DNA from: Neovahlkampfia damariscottae
Lineage: Eukaryota
Assembly: GCA_016618085.1 (NCBI GenBank)
Contig: JABLTG010000012.1
Span: 124,001 to 188,000, forward strand
Length of the DNA stretch: 64,000 nucleotides
Direction: 5' to 3'
Shown: one piece after another, positions 52,693 through 63,300 of the stretch
Position numbering within the stretch: position 1 is the stretch's first letter
Layout: each line of letters begins with the position of its first letter
Notes under the pieces: model-generated
Databases searched by the model: none
What the model was told of the DNA's origin: nothing
Seen by the model: the letters and a program-made list of their open reading frames with translations, nothing else
Made by a program: the position numbers and the translations under genes

Positions 52693-53084
52693 ATGATCAA
52701 AAGTTTCAAAGGTATCAGAAAACCAGTTGAAAAAAATATTCAAAAATTCATTGAAACATGTGCCAAAAACAATCGTTTACATAAACGTTCAAAAGAAGAA
52801 TTAAAGAATGCATTTTATCAGATTTTTCTATGATCTGGAAATTGCTCGTGAAAATTATTTTCTTGATCCAGGTAGCTAGCTATATTTTAGAAGGTAGAGA
52901 AATACAATATAAATACACTCCAGAAAATTTTGAAGATTGGATTGAAAAATGTAAAAAAGAATTAATTAATGGAACTGTAAATTGGAAACGTAGGTTTGGA
53001 TACCAAAATGTTTTGGCTTATGACAAAGATTTCTGTAAAGATGTCATTGAACTTCATAAATGCATTGTAAATAAAAAAATTTGA
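52693..53084 (+). pseudogene. Frameshifted hypothetical element gene
   Basis: ATG 52693 MIKSFKGIRKPVEK... stops near 52833. ORF 52830-53084 continues in another frame. Confidence 0.45.
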
Positions 53085-53328
53085 TTGGTCAAAAAAGGGA
53101 AACTGGAGTTGCCTTTCAAAAATTTTATTTAAAAGGTTTTTCTTTTTCTAATTTTTTGGCAAGCGCTGTCAATATATCTGATATCGCTGTACTTGATTTG
53201 TTGTTCAAGCATGCAAATTTTCCTGGCAAGTTTTAAAGAACAAGCAAACAATAATTACTATTAATTTATTGAATAAATTTGACTCTGAAAACCATTGGAA
53301 AATCACGAATTGTGGAAGTCTAACTCAC

Positions 53329-53730
53329 TTATTTTTTCAACCACTTCAAACATCTTTTTAAAAAAGTTATTTTCAAAACGATTACCTTCACTAATCAAAT
53401 AAAAAATACAATAATTCAATCTCTTTACAGCAACTTTATCCTATACTTCTTCATTTTTATTTTTCAAAACCAATTGTTAAAACAAAACCAGAATTTATAA
53501 ATTCTCCGAAACTGGTTTGATTTCCAAAATTTTGAAAGTTGATTTTGTAGCTGTTGGTTGTTATTGGTTGTTGATTTCCTGAACTGTTTATTTGATTAAC
53601 GCACAGAGGTTTGTTTTATACATTTGTTAGTGCTGGGTGCGATTGGCCGGATGATTCTACAGCTGGAATTTTTATAGTCTTTGAATTCCAAAATTTAGTC
53701 ACTGAAAAAAGTCATAGACCTGCTACTACT
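53329..53730 (-). repeat. Right terminal inverted repeat
   Basis: Reverse complement of the left TIR. Ends ...CCTGCTACTACT. Confidence 0.95.
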
Positions 53731-53736
53731 GTTTAT
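53731..53736 (+). repeat. Target-site duplication GTTTAT (right copy)
   Basis: Identical hexamer abuts the right TIR. Confidence 0.9.
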
Positions 53737-53853
53737 TTGAAATTGTTCATGTTCTGAATCATGACTATAATCCATTGGAAGTTATTCACTTTTTTTTGAA
53801 TAAAAAAGGTTTCCATTCGTTTAATTTCTCCACCAATTGAAATTCCTCCTGAC

Positions 53854-54240
53854 ATGAACTTTTTACAATACTACCTCATCCTTTCTGGACTTTTTGAAAT
53901 ATTTGGTGTGTATCAACTCCACCTCAAAAAAAATGTTTCAAAAGTAATTCCAACTGGATTCTTAAAATCAGATGAAACAGCTTCAAAAAATGACTACGTT
54001 GTTTTTTTCACACAAATTTTTCTTTTGATTTTAACAATGACCAGACTTCACTGTGCTATGGATATGCACTCAAAATCAATTTACAGATTAACTCTTTGGA
54101 TTCACATTTTAGAAGCTTTGTTACTTGTTGGTTTACCTGCAGTCAAAAAAGAATTAAGTTCAAAAGGATATCCAATTTCAGCTGCTATTGTTATGTTACC
54201 AATTTGGATGACATATTCATATAAAGCTTATTTATATTAA
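53854..54240 (+). CDS. Erg28-like small membrane protein
   Basis: 128 aa with about four TM segments. TRLHCAMDMHSKSIYRLTLW resembles the Erg28 R..CA.DI.nK.lY.lTlW pattern. Confidence 0.55.
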   Translation: MNFLQYYLILSGLFEIFGVYQLHLKKNVSKVIPTGFLKSDETASKNDYVVFFTQIFLLILTMTRLHCAMDMHSKSIYRLTLWIHILEALLLVGLPAVKKELSSKGYPISAAIVMLPIWMTYSYKAYLY

Positions 54241-54528
54241 AAATTCCTTTTTTTTTGAAACAAAAAAATGTTTCTTTCATTAGGTTTACCGAATTATCTA
54301 TTGTTTTTCATTGAATAATCAATTAAATTTTGATGGTTTCTAATCATTGAAAATTAATTTTAAAATCAATGGTTTTTCAAACAGTTTGTTTTTGGAGGGA
54401 AAATTATTGTGGTTTATAATTAGATTCAATTCCGCCAATCATCTTCATAACTTTCTTTCAAAATAAAGTTTCTCAAAAGCGTAACCAAGAAATTGTCACA
54501 AAGACATTTATTATATACAAGTAGAAAC

Positions 54529-56475
54529 ATGACAACAGAAACCCTTAAAAACAGATCTGAAATTAAACAAGAAGACAAATGGAACGTTGAAGCAATTTTC
54601 GCTACTAATGATGCTTGGAAGCAAGAGTTCTCAAAATTTAATGATTTAAAATCAGAATTAGAACCTGTTTTAAAATTAAAAGGTAAAATTGAATCATGCT
54701 CTCCTTCAGATATCAAAACTTTACTTGAATCGTAACTTGAAGTATTTTTAATTGTTCTTTAGACTTTTTTTAAGTTCAAGAAAGATTGAAAAGTTATATA
54801 CTTACTCACACTTAAAATTTGATGAAGACACAGCTGATGATGAAAACAAAGGTTTAAATAAACAAGCTACAACACTTTATCATGAATTTAATGAAGCAAC
54901 ATCATGGTTAACTCCTGAACTTTTATCACTACCAAAAGATAAAATTGATTCAATTTTAAATTCAAAAGAGTTGGAAAATTATAAATTTTATCTTGAAAAA
55001 ATTGTCCGTGAAAAAGCACATATCTGCAGTTCAGAAATTGAAGAAGTATTAGCACAAGCTGGAGATGCACTTGGTACACCAACAAAAGTCTTTGGAGCAA
55101 TCAACAATTCAGATTTTGAATTTGGAACTGTTTTAGATAAAGATGGAAATGAAAAACCATTATCACATGTAAGATATTGTTTTAATTAATCTTTAGGGTA
55201 CCTATGGTCTTTATATTAGAAATTCAGATAGAGTTTTAAGAAAAAATGCTTTTGTTAAATATCATTCAAAATTTGATGAATTCAAAAACACATTAACTGA
55301 AACATTAAATGGAGTTGTTCAAAAACATGTTTTCAACTCAAAAGTTAGAAAATATCAAAGTTCACTTGAAGTAAAAAACAATTACTCTAATATCTTTAAA
55401 AGGCTGCTCTTTTTGGTAATAATATTGATACTTCAGTTTATACAAATTTAATTCAATCTGTTAGAAATAATATTTCATCTCTTCATCGTTATGTTAAACT
55501 TCGAAAAAAACTTTTAAAAGTTGATGAAGTAAATTTGACTTGATTTTTTAACAAATTTTTTAGTTACATTTATATGATTTATATGTTCCTTTAACTTCTG
55601 TTAAATCATCATCATATGATTATAAACAAGCAGAAATATTTACTATTGAAGCTGTCAAATACTTGGGTGAAGATTATCAAAAAAAACTTGAAAAAGGATT
55701 AAAAGAAGATAGATGGGTTGATGTTTATGAAAATAAAGGAAAAAGAAATGGAGCATATTCAAGTGGATGCTTTGATACATCACCTTATATTTTGATGAAT
55801 TATAATGGTTCATTAAATGATGTTTTTACATTGACACATGAATGTGGTCATAGTATGCATTCATTACTTTCAAGAAGTCATCAAGATTATCATTATTCTG
55901 ATTATTCAATTTTTGTTGCTGAAGTTGCAAGTACATTCAATGAAGATAATCTCAGAGACTATTTATTAAAAAAGAGTCAATCTAAAGATGAAAAGATTTA
56001 TTTGATCAATTCTGCAATTGAAGATATTCGTACAACATTATTTAGACAAGTAATGTTTGCTGAATTTGAACTTAAAATTCATGAATTAGTTGAAAAGAAA
56101 ACACCTTTGACACCAAAACTTTTAAAAGATGTTTATCATGAATTAAATCAATTCTACTTTGGTGATGAAATTGTAATTGATTCAGAAATTGATATTGAAT
56201 GGGCAAGAGTACCTCATTTTTATTACAATTTTTATGTTTATCAATATGCAACTGGAATTGCAGCTGCTGTTTATTTAGCAGATAAAGTGAGAAATGGTGG
56301 TGATAAAGAAAGAGAAGCATATTTAAGTTTTCTTAAAGGTGGTTCTTCAAAATATCCATTAGATATGTTGAAAGTTGCTGGAGTTGATATGACTAAATCT
56401 GATGCAATTGATAAAACAATGGAAGTTTTTACAAATTTAATTGATGAATTTGAAAAATTAACATCAGAAGAATAA
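54529..56475 (+). CDS. pepF: Oligoendopeptidase F (M3B metallopeptidase), four introns
   Basis: RSEI..EDKWNVE, RWVDVYENKGKRNGAYSSG, THECGHSMH (HExxH), AEVASTFNE and WARVPHFYYNFYVYQYATG. Confidence 0.93.
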
Positions 56476-56492
56476 ATTTTTAAATCTAAAGT

Positions 56493-58874
56493 TTAATCAA
56501 CTTCATCTTTAATGATTTTTACACCTTCAATGAATGATTGATCTTCTTCACTTTTTAAAGTTTCTGTTACTTGAGCTTTTGTTTCTTTTTTCAAATTCTT
56601 TTTGAGTGTGTTCAATTTCTCAAGTATTTTTTCTGCGTTATATCTTTTTTTTGGATCAAGTTCTAAACAATTTTCAATCAATGAAATGATTTCTTTTTTG
56701 AATTGATATTGTTGTTTTTCTAAATTTTTTGAAACCAAATTTCTTTGAACTTTTGATCGAAAATTTACAGTTTTCTGAGATCTTGCAAAAATACAATATA
56801 AGATAACACCGATTGCCCAGATATCTGATGGATAGCTGTATTCTTTTCCTTCAACTAATTCAGGAGACATAAACATCTAAGAAACTATTAAAAAATAAAG
56901 TTGTCAAACTGGAGTTCCAAGAAAACTTTTTGTGAAATCTAATAAGGATTAATGGTTGATTTTTTAGTTACCTTCTTTTAATTGTTTTGCAAATCCAAAA
57001 TCTGCAATTGTAATTTCCAATGATTCTTTGTTATTAAAAAATATATTTTCAGGTTTCTTTCAAAAATGAATTTTTCGTTTTTTTTACCAAATCACGATGC
57101 ATGACGTTCTGGGAATGACAATAACAAATTCCTTCCAAAATTTGTGTAGAAATTTCATACATTTCCCCTTCAGTCATTAAATTTTTATTGACAGTCAAAT
57201 ATCTTCTCAAATCACCACCAGAACTAATTTGTTAAAAAATATGACAACTTACTAAACAGGCATCTAAAAATTTGTTTTTTTTGAGTTTTTAAATTAGCTT
57301 ACTACTAGACCTAAAACATTTGAATAACTTGTTTTTTCATGGAAATGAGCATGTAATGATATGATTTTTTCGTGTTTCAATTTTTGTAAAATTTCAATTT
57401 CTTTTTCAATACCTTCCAATTCATTATCCTGTTGATATGCAATAACTTTCAATGCATATGATTCATTTCCATCCTCAATTCTAGCTAAATAAACATTACC
57501 AAATGATCCTTTTCCCAAACAATCCAATAATTCGTATTTACCAATCATTTTCTTATCTGATTTTGATGGATCTTCTTCTTCAACATCTTGGCTTTTAGAT
57601 TGTCTTCTAAACATCACTTGTTTCATTATATTTTGAATTTTATGAATATCATCCATATTTAAAGAGTTAACAGGTAAAAATGGCAATTGAATTTTTTTGA
57701 TTGATTTTGCGATAGTTTGATATTTATTAATATAATGATTCATTGATGCTTGTATATCATAAGGATTACCTTCATAATCATTCAGGTATTTTTTCATATC
57801 ACCATATTTTTTAATTCTGTATTCAAAAACGTCAACATTTGTGAAGATCAATACCCATGTCAATTTTGGATATTTTTCTAAATATTTTTGAAATATTGTT
57901 AAAGATTCTTTCCATTTTGGTGTTTCTTCATCTTCATAACAGATTGTATCAAAATCAGCCAAGCTGACGACATAAAAAATAAAATTTGGATTTTCGACTT
58001 GAATGGATGATTTAGAAGAAATATTGAATTTACTGTGAACCCATTTTTTGTTTTCACTTCTATTACCACCTGTTTCTGTTATTTTAGCGTATTGAATTTT
58101 ATCATCTTGTTGAAATCGAATTGAAAAATCAAAAATACCAGTTGTCTTTCTTCGACACAATAGCACATCAGATATGGTGAGTTTGAATTCTTCAACAATA
58201 CAATCACCAGCATCATTTTCAGTAATTAAAGGAATTTGATTTTTTTCATCCAAATTTTCATTTTTTTCAATTATAATTTTATTTTGTTTCATGACGTTTT
58301 CAAATTCTTTTTCATAAGATAGCATTATTTGAACAATTCTCCGGAATTTAAAAAAAACTTTTTTAGTTTACTTTTTATAACTATGATAACTTTCACTGAG
58401 TAATCTTATCAATTCATCCATATTCTTCTTGACAATGGAATCATTCCAAAAATTACAAAAATGTTTGAAATACATACTGATAATTAAAGAGCCCTGTCCT
58501 TGAAATGGAATAAACCGAACTTTTTTACAATAGGTTTCTATTTTTTTGACTGATTTCTTTGGTAAAGTTAAAACAAAAAAATTCAAACCATATTGTTTGA
58601 GTTTTCCAACTCAATTTGATGATTTTCAAAGTATTCTGCGGCTTTTCTGGTAAATCCTATGAAATTATCAAAAAATACACCACGATAAAAATTCACGTCA
58701 TATGCTGATTGAGCTCCATTGTAAAATCTGAGTTGATTACAAATTGATGATTTTCCTGCTCCACATGTTCCTTTTGTATTAGATTTACTGTTGAATATTA
58801 CCAAAAAATACAAAATTAAGAGCTTCAGTTTTCAATACTTTCTCTTCTGCTTCGTTAACCTGTTTGTTTCCCAT
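56493..58874 (-). CDS. G-protein alpha-like domain fused to a Ser/Thr protein kinase, multi-exon
   Basis: MGN start, GTCGAGKS, RRKTTG, ETGGNRSENKKW and SLADFD..YED, then in the same ORF LGKGSFGNV and ALKVI. Later exons give HRDLKPEN, DFG and GTPMFMSPE. Confidence 0.85.
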
Positions 58875-59016
58875 TGGACGAGTTTTTTTGACCAATCCAG
58901 ATACTTGTAGGACATCAACAATTAAATCAATATGCAATCAATTTGTATTCTCTTTGACATGTATCAAAAGAGTAGAAGAGTTTCTAAAAAATTTTTGTCC
59001 AATCAACAACGTCATA

Positions 59017-59769
59017 ATGTCCTTATCAAGTTTGTTAGTAGTTTTTGATTTTGACCATACCATGATTGACTGTAACTCAGATACTCACATATTTTCAAAA
59101 ATTCCAACTTTAAAAAGTGAAATGAAAAAACTAAGAAAAGAAGGAGTTCAATGGACAAATTTAGTTTCAATTATTTTAAAAAAAGCTTCTTTAGAGCACT
59201 CTATGAATATTCAGGAGTTAAAAGAATTAATCTCTGATATTCCACTTGATGAGAATATGGTATCATTAATCCAAATTCTTAAAAAACGATATAACACAAT
59301 AATAAAAATAGTATCTGATGCAAATGTATTATTTATCAAATGGATACTTGAAAAAAATGAAATTGAAGATTACATTGATGAAATAATCTCAAATCCTTGT
59401 GAAATTGTTGAATTTGAAAAATTTCAATATTTAAATGTTAAGCATTATGACATGAGTCACAAATGTGAAATTTGTCCATTGAATATGTGCAAAGGAAAAA
59501 TAATTGAGTCATTCAAACCTGAAGGAAAAGAAAATTTATATGATTTTGATTCAATTATTTATGTTGGTGATGGTGGAAATGATTTTTGTCCATGCACCAA
59601 ATTGAGAAAAGAAGATTTTGTTTTTCCAAGAAAAAATCACAAACTGATTGAAAAAATCGAAAATGAATTAAAAAGTGAAAATTCTTTGATCCAATCAAAT
59701 ATTCATGCTTGGGAAAATTATAATGATTTATTGGAAACTTCAATAAGAGTGCTTGAAAAATTAAAATAA
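59017..59769 (+). CDS. HAD phosphatase, PHOSPHO1/2 (pyridoxal phosphate phosphatase) family
   Basis: VFDFDHTMIDCNSD, IVSDAN, CPLNMCKG and YVGDGGNDFCP. Confidence 0.9.
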   Translation: MSLSSLLVVFDFDHTMIDCNSDTHIFSKIPTLKSEMKKLRKEGVQWTNLVSIILKKASLEHSMNIQELKELISDIPLDENMVSLIQILKKRYNTIIKIVSDANVLFIKWILEKNEIEDYIDEIISNPCEIVEFEKFQYLNVKHYDMSHKCEICPLNMCKGKIIESFKPEGKENLYDFDSIIYVGDGGNDFCPCTKLRKEDFVFPRKNHKLIEKIENELKSENSLIQSNIHAWENYNDLLETSIRVLEKLK

Positions 59770-59772
59770 AAT

Positions 59773-60668
59773 TCAAAAAAGTTGATTTTCATTTATCCAC
59801 AAATGTAAAATAAAAGCAGTTGCTTGAGTTATTCTAGACATTCCTTCGATATTTTCATGAGATAAATTTACAAATTGTAAGTTACTAATTTCAATTTCTT
59901 TTTCTAATAACTTTTCATTTTCATTAACAAAACATTTGAATTTTTCTTTACAATGTTTCTCTTGATCCAATGCCTTCAAGGCAATTTCTTTTGAAATCCA
60001 AGCAGATGCTTGTACTTCTGTTTTTTCTAAATAAAAATTCTGAATTTTCATTTGATCTGATGTCACCTTTGCTTTGTAAAATGCAATCTAAAAAATTCAA
60101 ATATTTTAACATTAGTTTTTTTTACCAAATGTTGTTTTTGTGGTTCTCCAATTTCAATAAATGGAGGATAAACAGATTCCCAAAGAGAAAATAATTCAAT
60201 TTGATCTGAAGTAATTCTAATACCAGTTTCTTCTGATAATTCTCTTAGAGCTGCTTCTTCAAAATGTTCTCCTTCATCAACATGTCCACCTGGAAAAACC
60301 CATGTATTTGGAAATGTTCTCATGAATTTAGCTCGTTGAGTGATCAAAACTTCTTGTGTATCAATATTTTCAATCACTACACAAACAGCTGTAAAAATTT
60401 CTTTTTTTTTCAATTTTTGACGGTCATATGATTTTGTACAAGGACAATCAGGAGCATGACCTAAAAATATACCTTTCTCTTTCACCTTTTGAAGTGTAAT
60501 TTTTTGGTCGTTTTCTTCAACCACTACTTTTGTGTAAGGTGCATGTGGTTTCACTTCTTTTGATGGTTCTACTTCTAGTAAATCGAATATACAATCACCA
60601 AATGTTGTTTTTTCAAGACCTTTGGAATTGTTGATGTGAACTGTTTTGGATGAATACTTCACACTCAT
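59773..60668 (-). CDS. NUDT17: Nudix hydrolase 17-like
   Basis: LITQRAKFMRTFPNTWVFPGGHVD, ALRELSEETG and LWESVYP. One intron. Confidence 0.8.
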
Positions 60669-60754
60669 TTCAACAAACCAATCAAAAGAAAGTTCGAATC
60701 CAGATGTTAAAACATAAAAATATACTTATTAGACGAGAAATATGTACAATTTAT

Positions 60755-61370
60755 TTAAACCCATATTTTTGCTGTCCATTTCGAAATTTTTTCAATATTT
60801 TCAAAATCATTTTCTTCTGTTTTTAATGTGACAATTCTTGGTTTATTTATAATACAAAAAGTTATAGCAATTTTCTCCTCTAAATTCGATCGAATTTCAG
60901 AGTCCAACAACACAAAATTTATTGGAATTTCACTGTCAATTGAACTAAAGTGTTCTCTTAAAAGAAGTATAAAATCTTTGTTTGAATTTTTCATATCTAC
61001 AACAATTATAACACCTTGAGCTCTTAAGAATATAGGACTGAATAACGAAGAGTCACTAGTTGAACCTACAGGTATTTGATATTCAAGTGAATTTTCCATT
61101 GAGCTGAATTTATAGGCAAGAGTGAAATATTCATTTTTAGGTTCATAACCACCCACTTCTTCGTTTCTAAATAAGAACATAAATTTTGACATAAACCATT
61201 GTTCAGTTTCTAAAGAATTAAATTTTTGTTTTAAAACCTTCTGAGTCAGCTATGATGGCAATTCCTTTTCTTTTTGGTGTGTTTATAAGAGCATCTTCCA
61301 TTTCATTATCTCTTGAACTGCAGCCTGAGATGAGAAATTTCTTTGGTTTTATGAGTTTTTCTGTTGACAT
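60755..61370 (-). CDS. Hypothetical protein, possibly a degenerate small-GTPase fold
   Basis: ATG 61370 spliced into ORF 60755-61192. FLRAQGVIIVVD resembles Ras-family strand 4, but there is no intact P-loop. Confidence 0.35.
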
Positions 61371-61433
61371 GAAAAAGTAATTTTGACCAATGAAAACAAA
61401 ATATCACGAATGAAGAAATATCATTTTTATTTT

Positions 61434-62783
61434 TTAATTTTTAGAAAATAATTTTGAAATAGAATTTTCTATCTTTTGTTGATAATCTGGATCATTTGGC
61501 GGAAATTTACAATCTTGTAACAAATTTCTAAAAGCTCTTAAACCAACATGAGGATTGTCAATATAGTCATCACATTTATAACACCAAAAACTTAAATCTG
61601 AGAAACTAACAGCTAGATCATGTCCTGATTCAAGATTATGATCTTTCATATGTCCTTTGATGTAACGAGAACAACAAACTTTTCCACATTTCAAGCACAT
61701 CCAATTCTCACCAACATTTCCACAATCCTCACATTTTGATTCATATTTTTCAGAAAGATTTTGGATTTCTGAAAAGTTATCGTTAATATGTTGACAATGA
61801 GTATTGATAGAAACAGCAAATCCTGTATCTCCTTTCATTTCTCTTTCTAAATCATAAGTTGAATATTTTGATGGAATTTTGTATTCTTTAACATATTTTT
61901 CCAATTTCTTTTCAAGCTCTTCTTCTGAAGGTTCCTCAATTTTCAAATCTTTCTTCATTTTAGTATTGGCATCAAAATTGGTATCAAATTCATTCAATTC
62001 CAATTCCTCCATTAAAATTTTCATAAATTCATCTGTTTTTGCAAATATTCTGATCGCAGATTTATTATCAAAAGGTGTCTTTTGTAGATTAACAATAACC
62101 AATTTGACATTTTTGTTGTAAATTGGAATATCACAAGCAGGATGAACTCTCATTGAAGTACCTAATACCAAAGATACATCTGATTTATAAGCAGCAGTAA
62201 TTGATTTTTGAAGTTCATCTTTTGGAAGAGTTTCTGAGAAATGAATAATTGTATCTTTCAAAAGTCCTTTACAATCATCACATGTCCTTCCTGTGATATG
62301 TTTTCTGTAATCACCAACAGTTTTTGTGACATCAAAATAACGAAGGTATTCTTTCTTACAATCCACACAATACTCTTTATAACAGTTTCCATGAAGCTCA
62401 GAAAGTTCCTCTGAAGTTAATCCTGATCTACGATGTAATCCATCAACATTGGTACTACAAACATGGTGAATTTTCTTTTTTTTCATCAATTCAACTAAAG
62501 CGTAATGTGAGTAAGTTGGAAATGCTTGATCAATTGAAATTCCTTTTGGTACTTTTCCAGAATCACGAAGTGTCCATGCTCCATTTGGTCCACGATAATC
62601 AGGTATTTTAGCAGATGTGGAAATGCCTGCTCCTGTATAAACTGAAGTATGACTGGAATTCTTTAATAATTTTGCGACTTGTTGGACATGAAGTTTTAAT
62701 GTTTTTTCATCTTCAAAGTATTCTGTTATTTCTTCTTCTGTATCATGTGATGTTGAACCTGGAATTTTATCACGTGTTGTCAT
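61434..62783 (-). CDS. Class IV sirtuin (SIRT6/7-like) fused to a C-terminal ZnF-UBP (BUZ) domain
   Basis: GAGISTSAKIPDYRGPNGAWT, STNVDGLH, ELHGN, LGTS and VNLQKT, then CEDC..NWMCLKC..CSRY..GH..H..H..SFSDLSFWCYKCD. Confidence 0.9.
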   Translation of the reverse strand: MTTRDKIPGSTSHDTEEEITEYFEDEKTLKLHVQQVAKLLKNSSHTSVYTGAGISTSAKIPDYRGPNGAWTLRDSGKVPKGISIDQAFPTYSHYALVELMKKKKIHHVCSTNVDGLHRRSGLTSEELSELHGNCYKEYCVDCKKEYLRYFDVTKTVGDYRKHITGRTCDDCKGLLKDTIIHFSETLPKDELQKSITAAYKSDVSLVLGTSMRVHPACDIPIYNKNVKLVIVNLQKTPFDNKSAIRIFAKTDEFMKILMEELELNEFDTNFDANTKMKKDLKIEEPSEEELEKKLEKYVKEYKIPSKYSTYDLEREMKGDTGFAVSINTHCQHINDNFSEIQNLSEKYESKCEDCGNVGENWMCLKCGKVCCSRYIKGHMKDHNLESGHDLAVSFSDLSFWCYKCDDYIDNPHVGLRAFRNLLQDCKFPPNDPDYQQKIENSISKLFSKN

Positions 62784-63300
62784 TGCTATTTTTGTGAATG
62801 GTTTTTGACTATCTGAGTTTATAAATACATGTTTTAAAAATAGATTTTACAAGCCAATCAACAAGGACTGCAGTCAGAGTCTTTTTCATGAAATTTTTTG
62901 ACATAAGTCGGGGTTTTCAAAAATTAATGATTTTTTAGGCCCAAAATTTGATTGGATTTAGAAAGTATTTGATTGGATTACGGATAATTTAAAAAAAAGA
63001 CTCTAAGTGGTTTATGGTAATCTAATTTTAAACCTCCAGTCAATTTGGAATTAAAATGGAATACTTTTTGTGTAAAAAATCTGTTGATACATTGGATGAT
63101 TTGTTCGTTTATATATTTTTTCTTCCATACATTATTATTGGAAGATGTTTTCTTGAAGTGTTTCGTGTGAAAGAGAAAGAAAAAAAATAAACCTTTTTGA
63201 AGTCAAGATTATAGACACTCTTGATTTAAGTTAATTTGTACTCTTAGAAATCATCCAATCAATTAAAAACCTCTCACAAAGTTTGCAACAAAAAAAGGGT

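Larger units (their letters stand above)
49474..53730. mobile_element. Non-autonomous Polinton/Maverick- or virophage-type endogenous element, 4257 bp
   Basis: ~400-bp terminal inverted repeats. Termini read 5'-AGAAGTAGCAGG and 5'-AGTAGTAGCAGG. 6-bp direct repeat GTTTAT on both sides. Intronless virus-like ORFs; no polymerase or integrase. Confidence 0.88.

Noticed and set aside
53094..53116. Small hairpin after the last plus-strand element ORF (possible giant-virus-style hairpin terminator)
   Set aside because: The stem is short and imperfect, and no equivalents were seen after the other element genes.
60692..60701. GTTCGAATCC, a tRNA T-loop/B-box-like decamer
   Set aside because: No cloverleaf stems or A-box around it; it lies in a short AT-rich promoter spacer.
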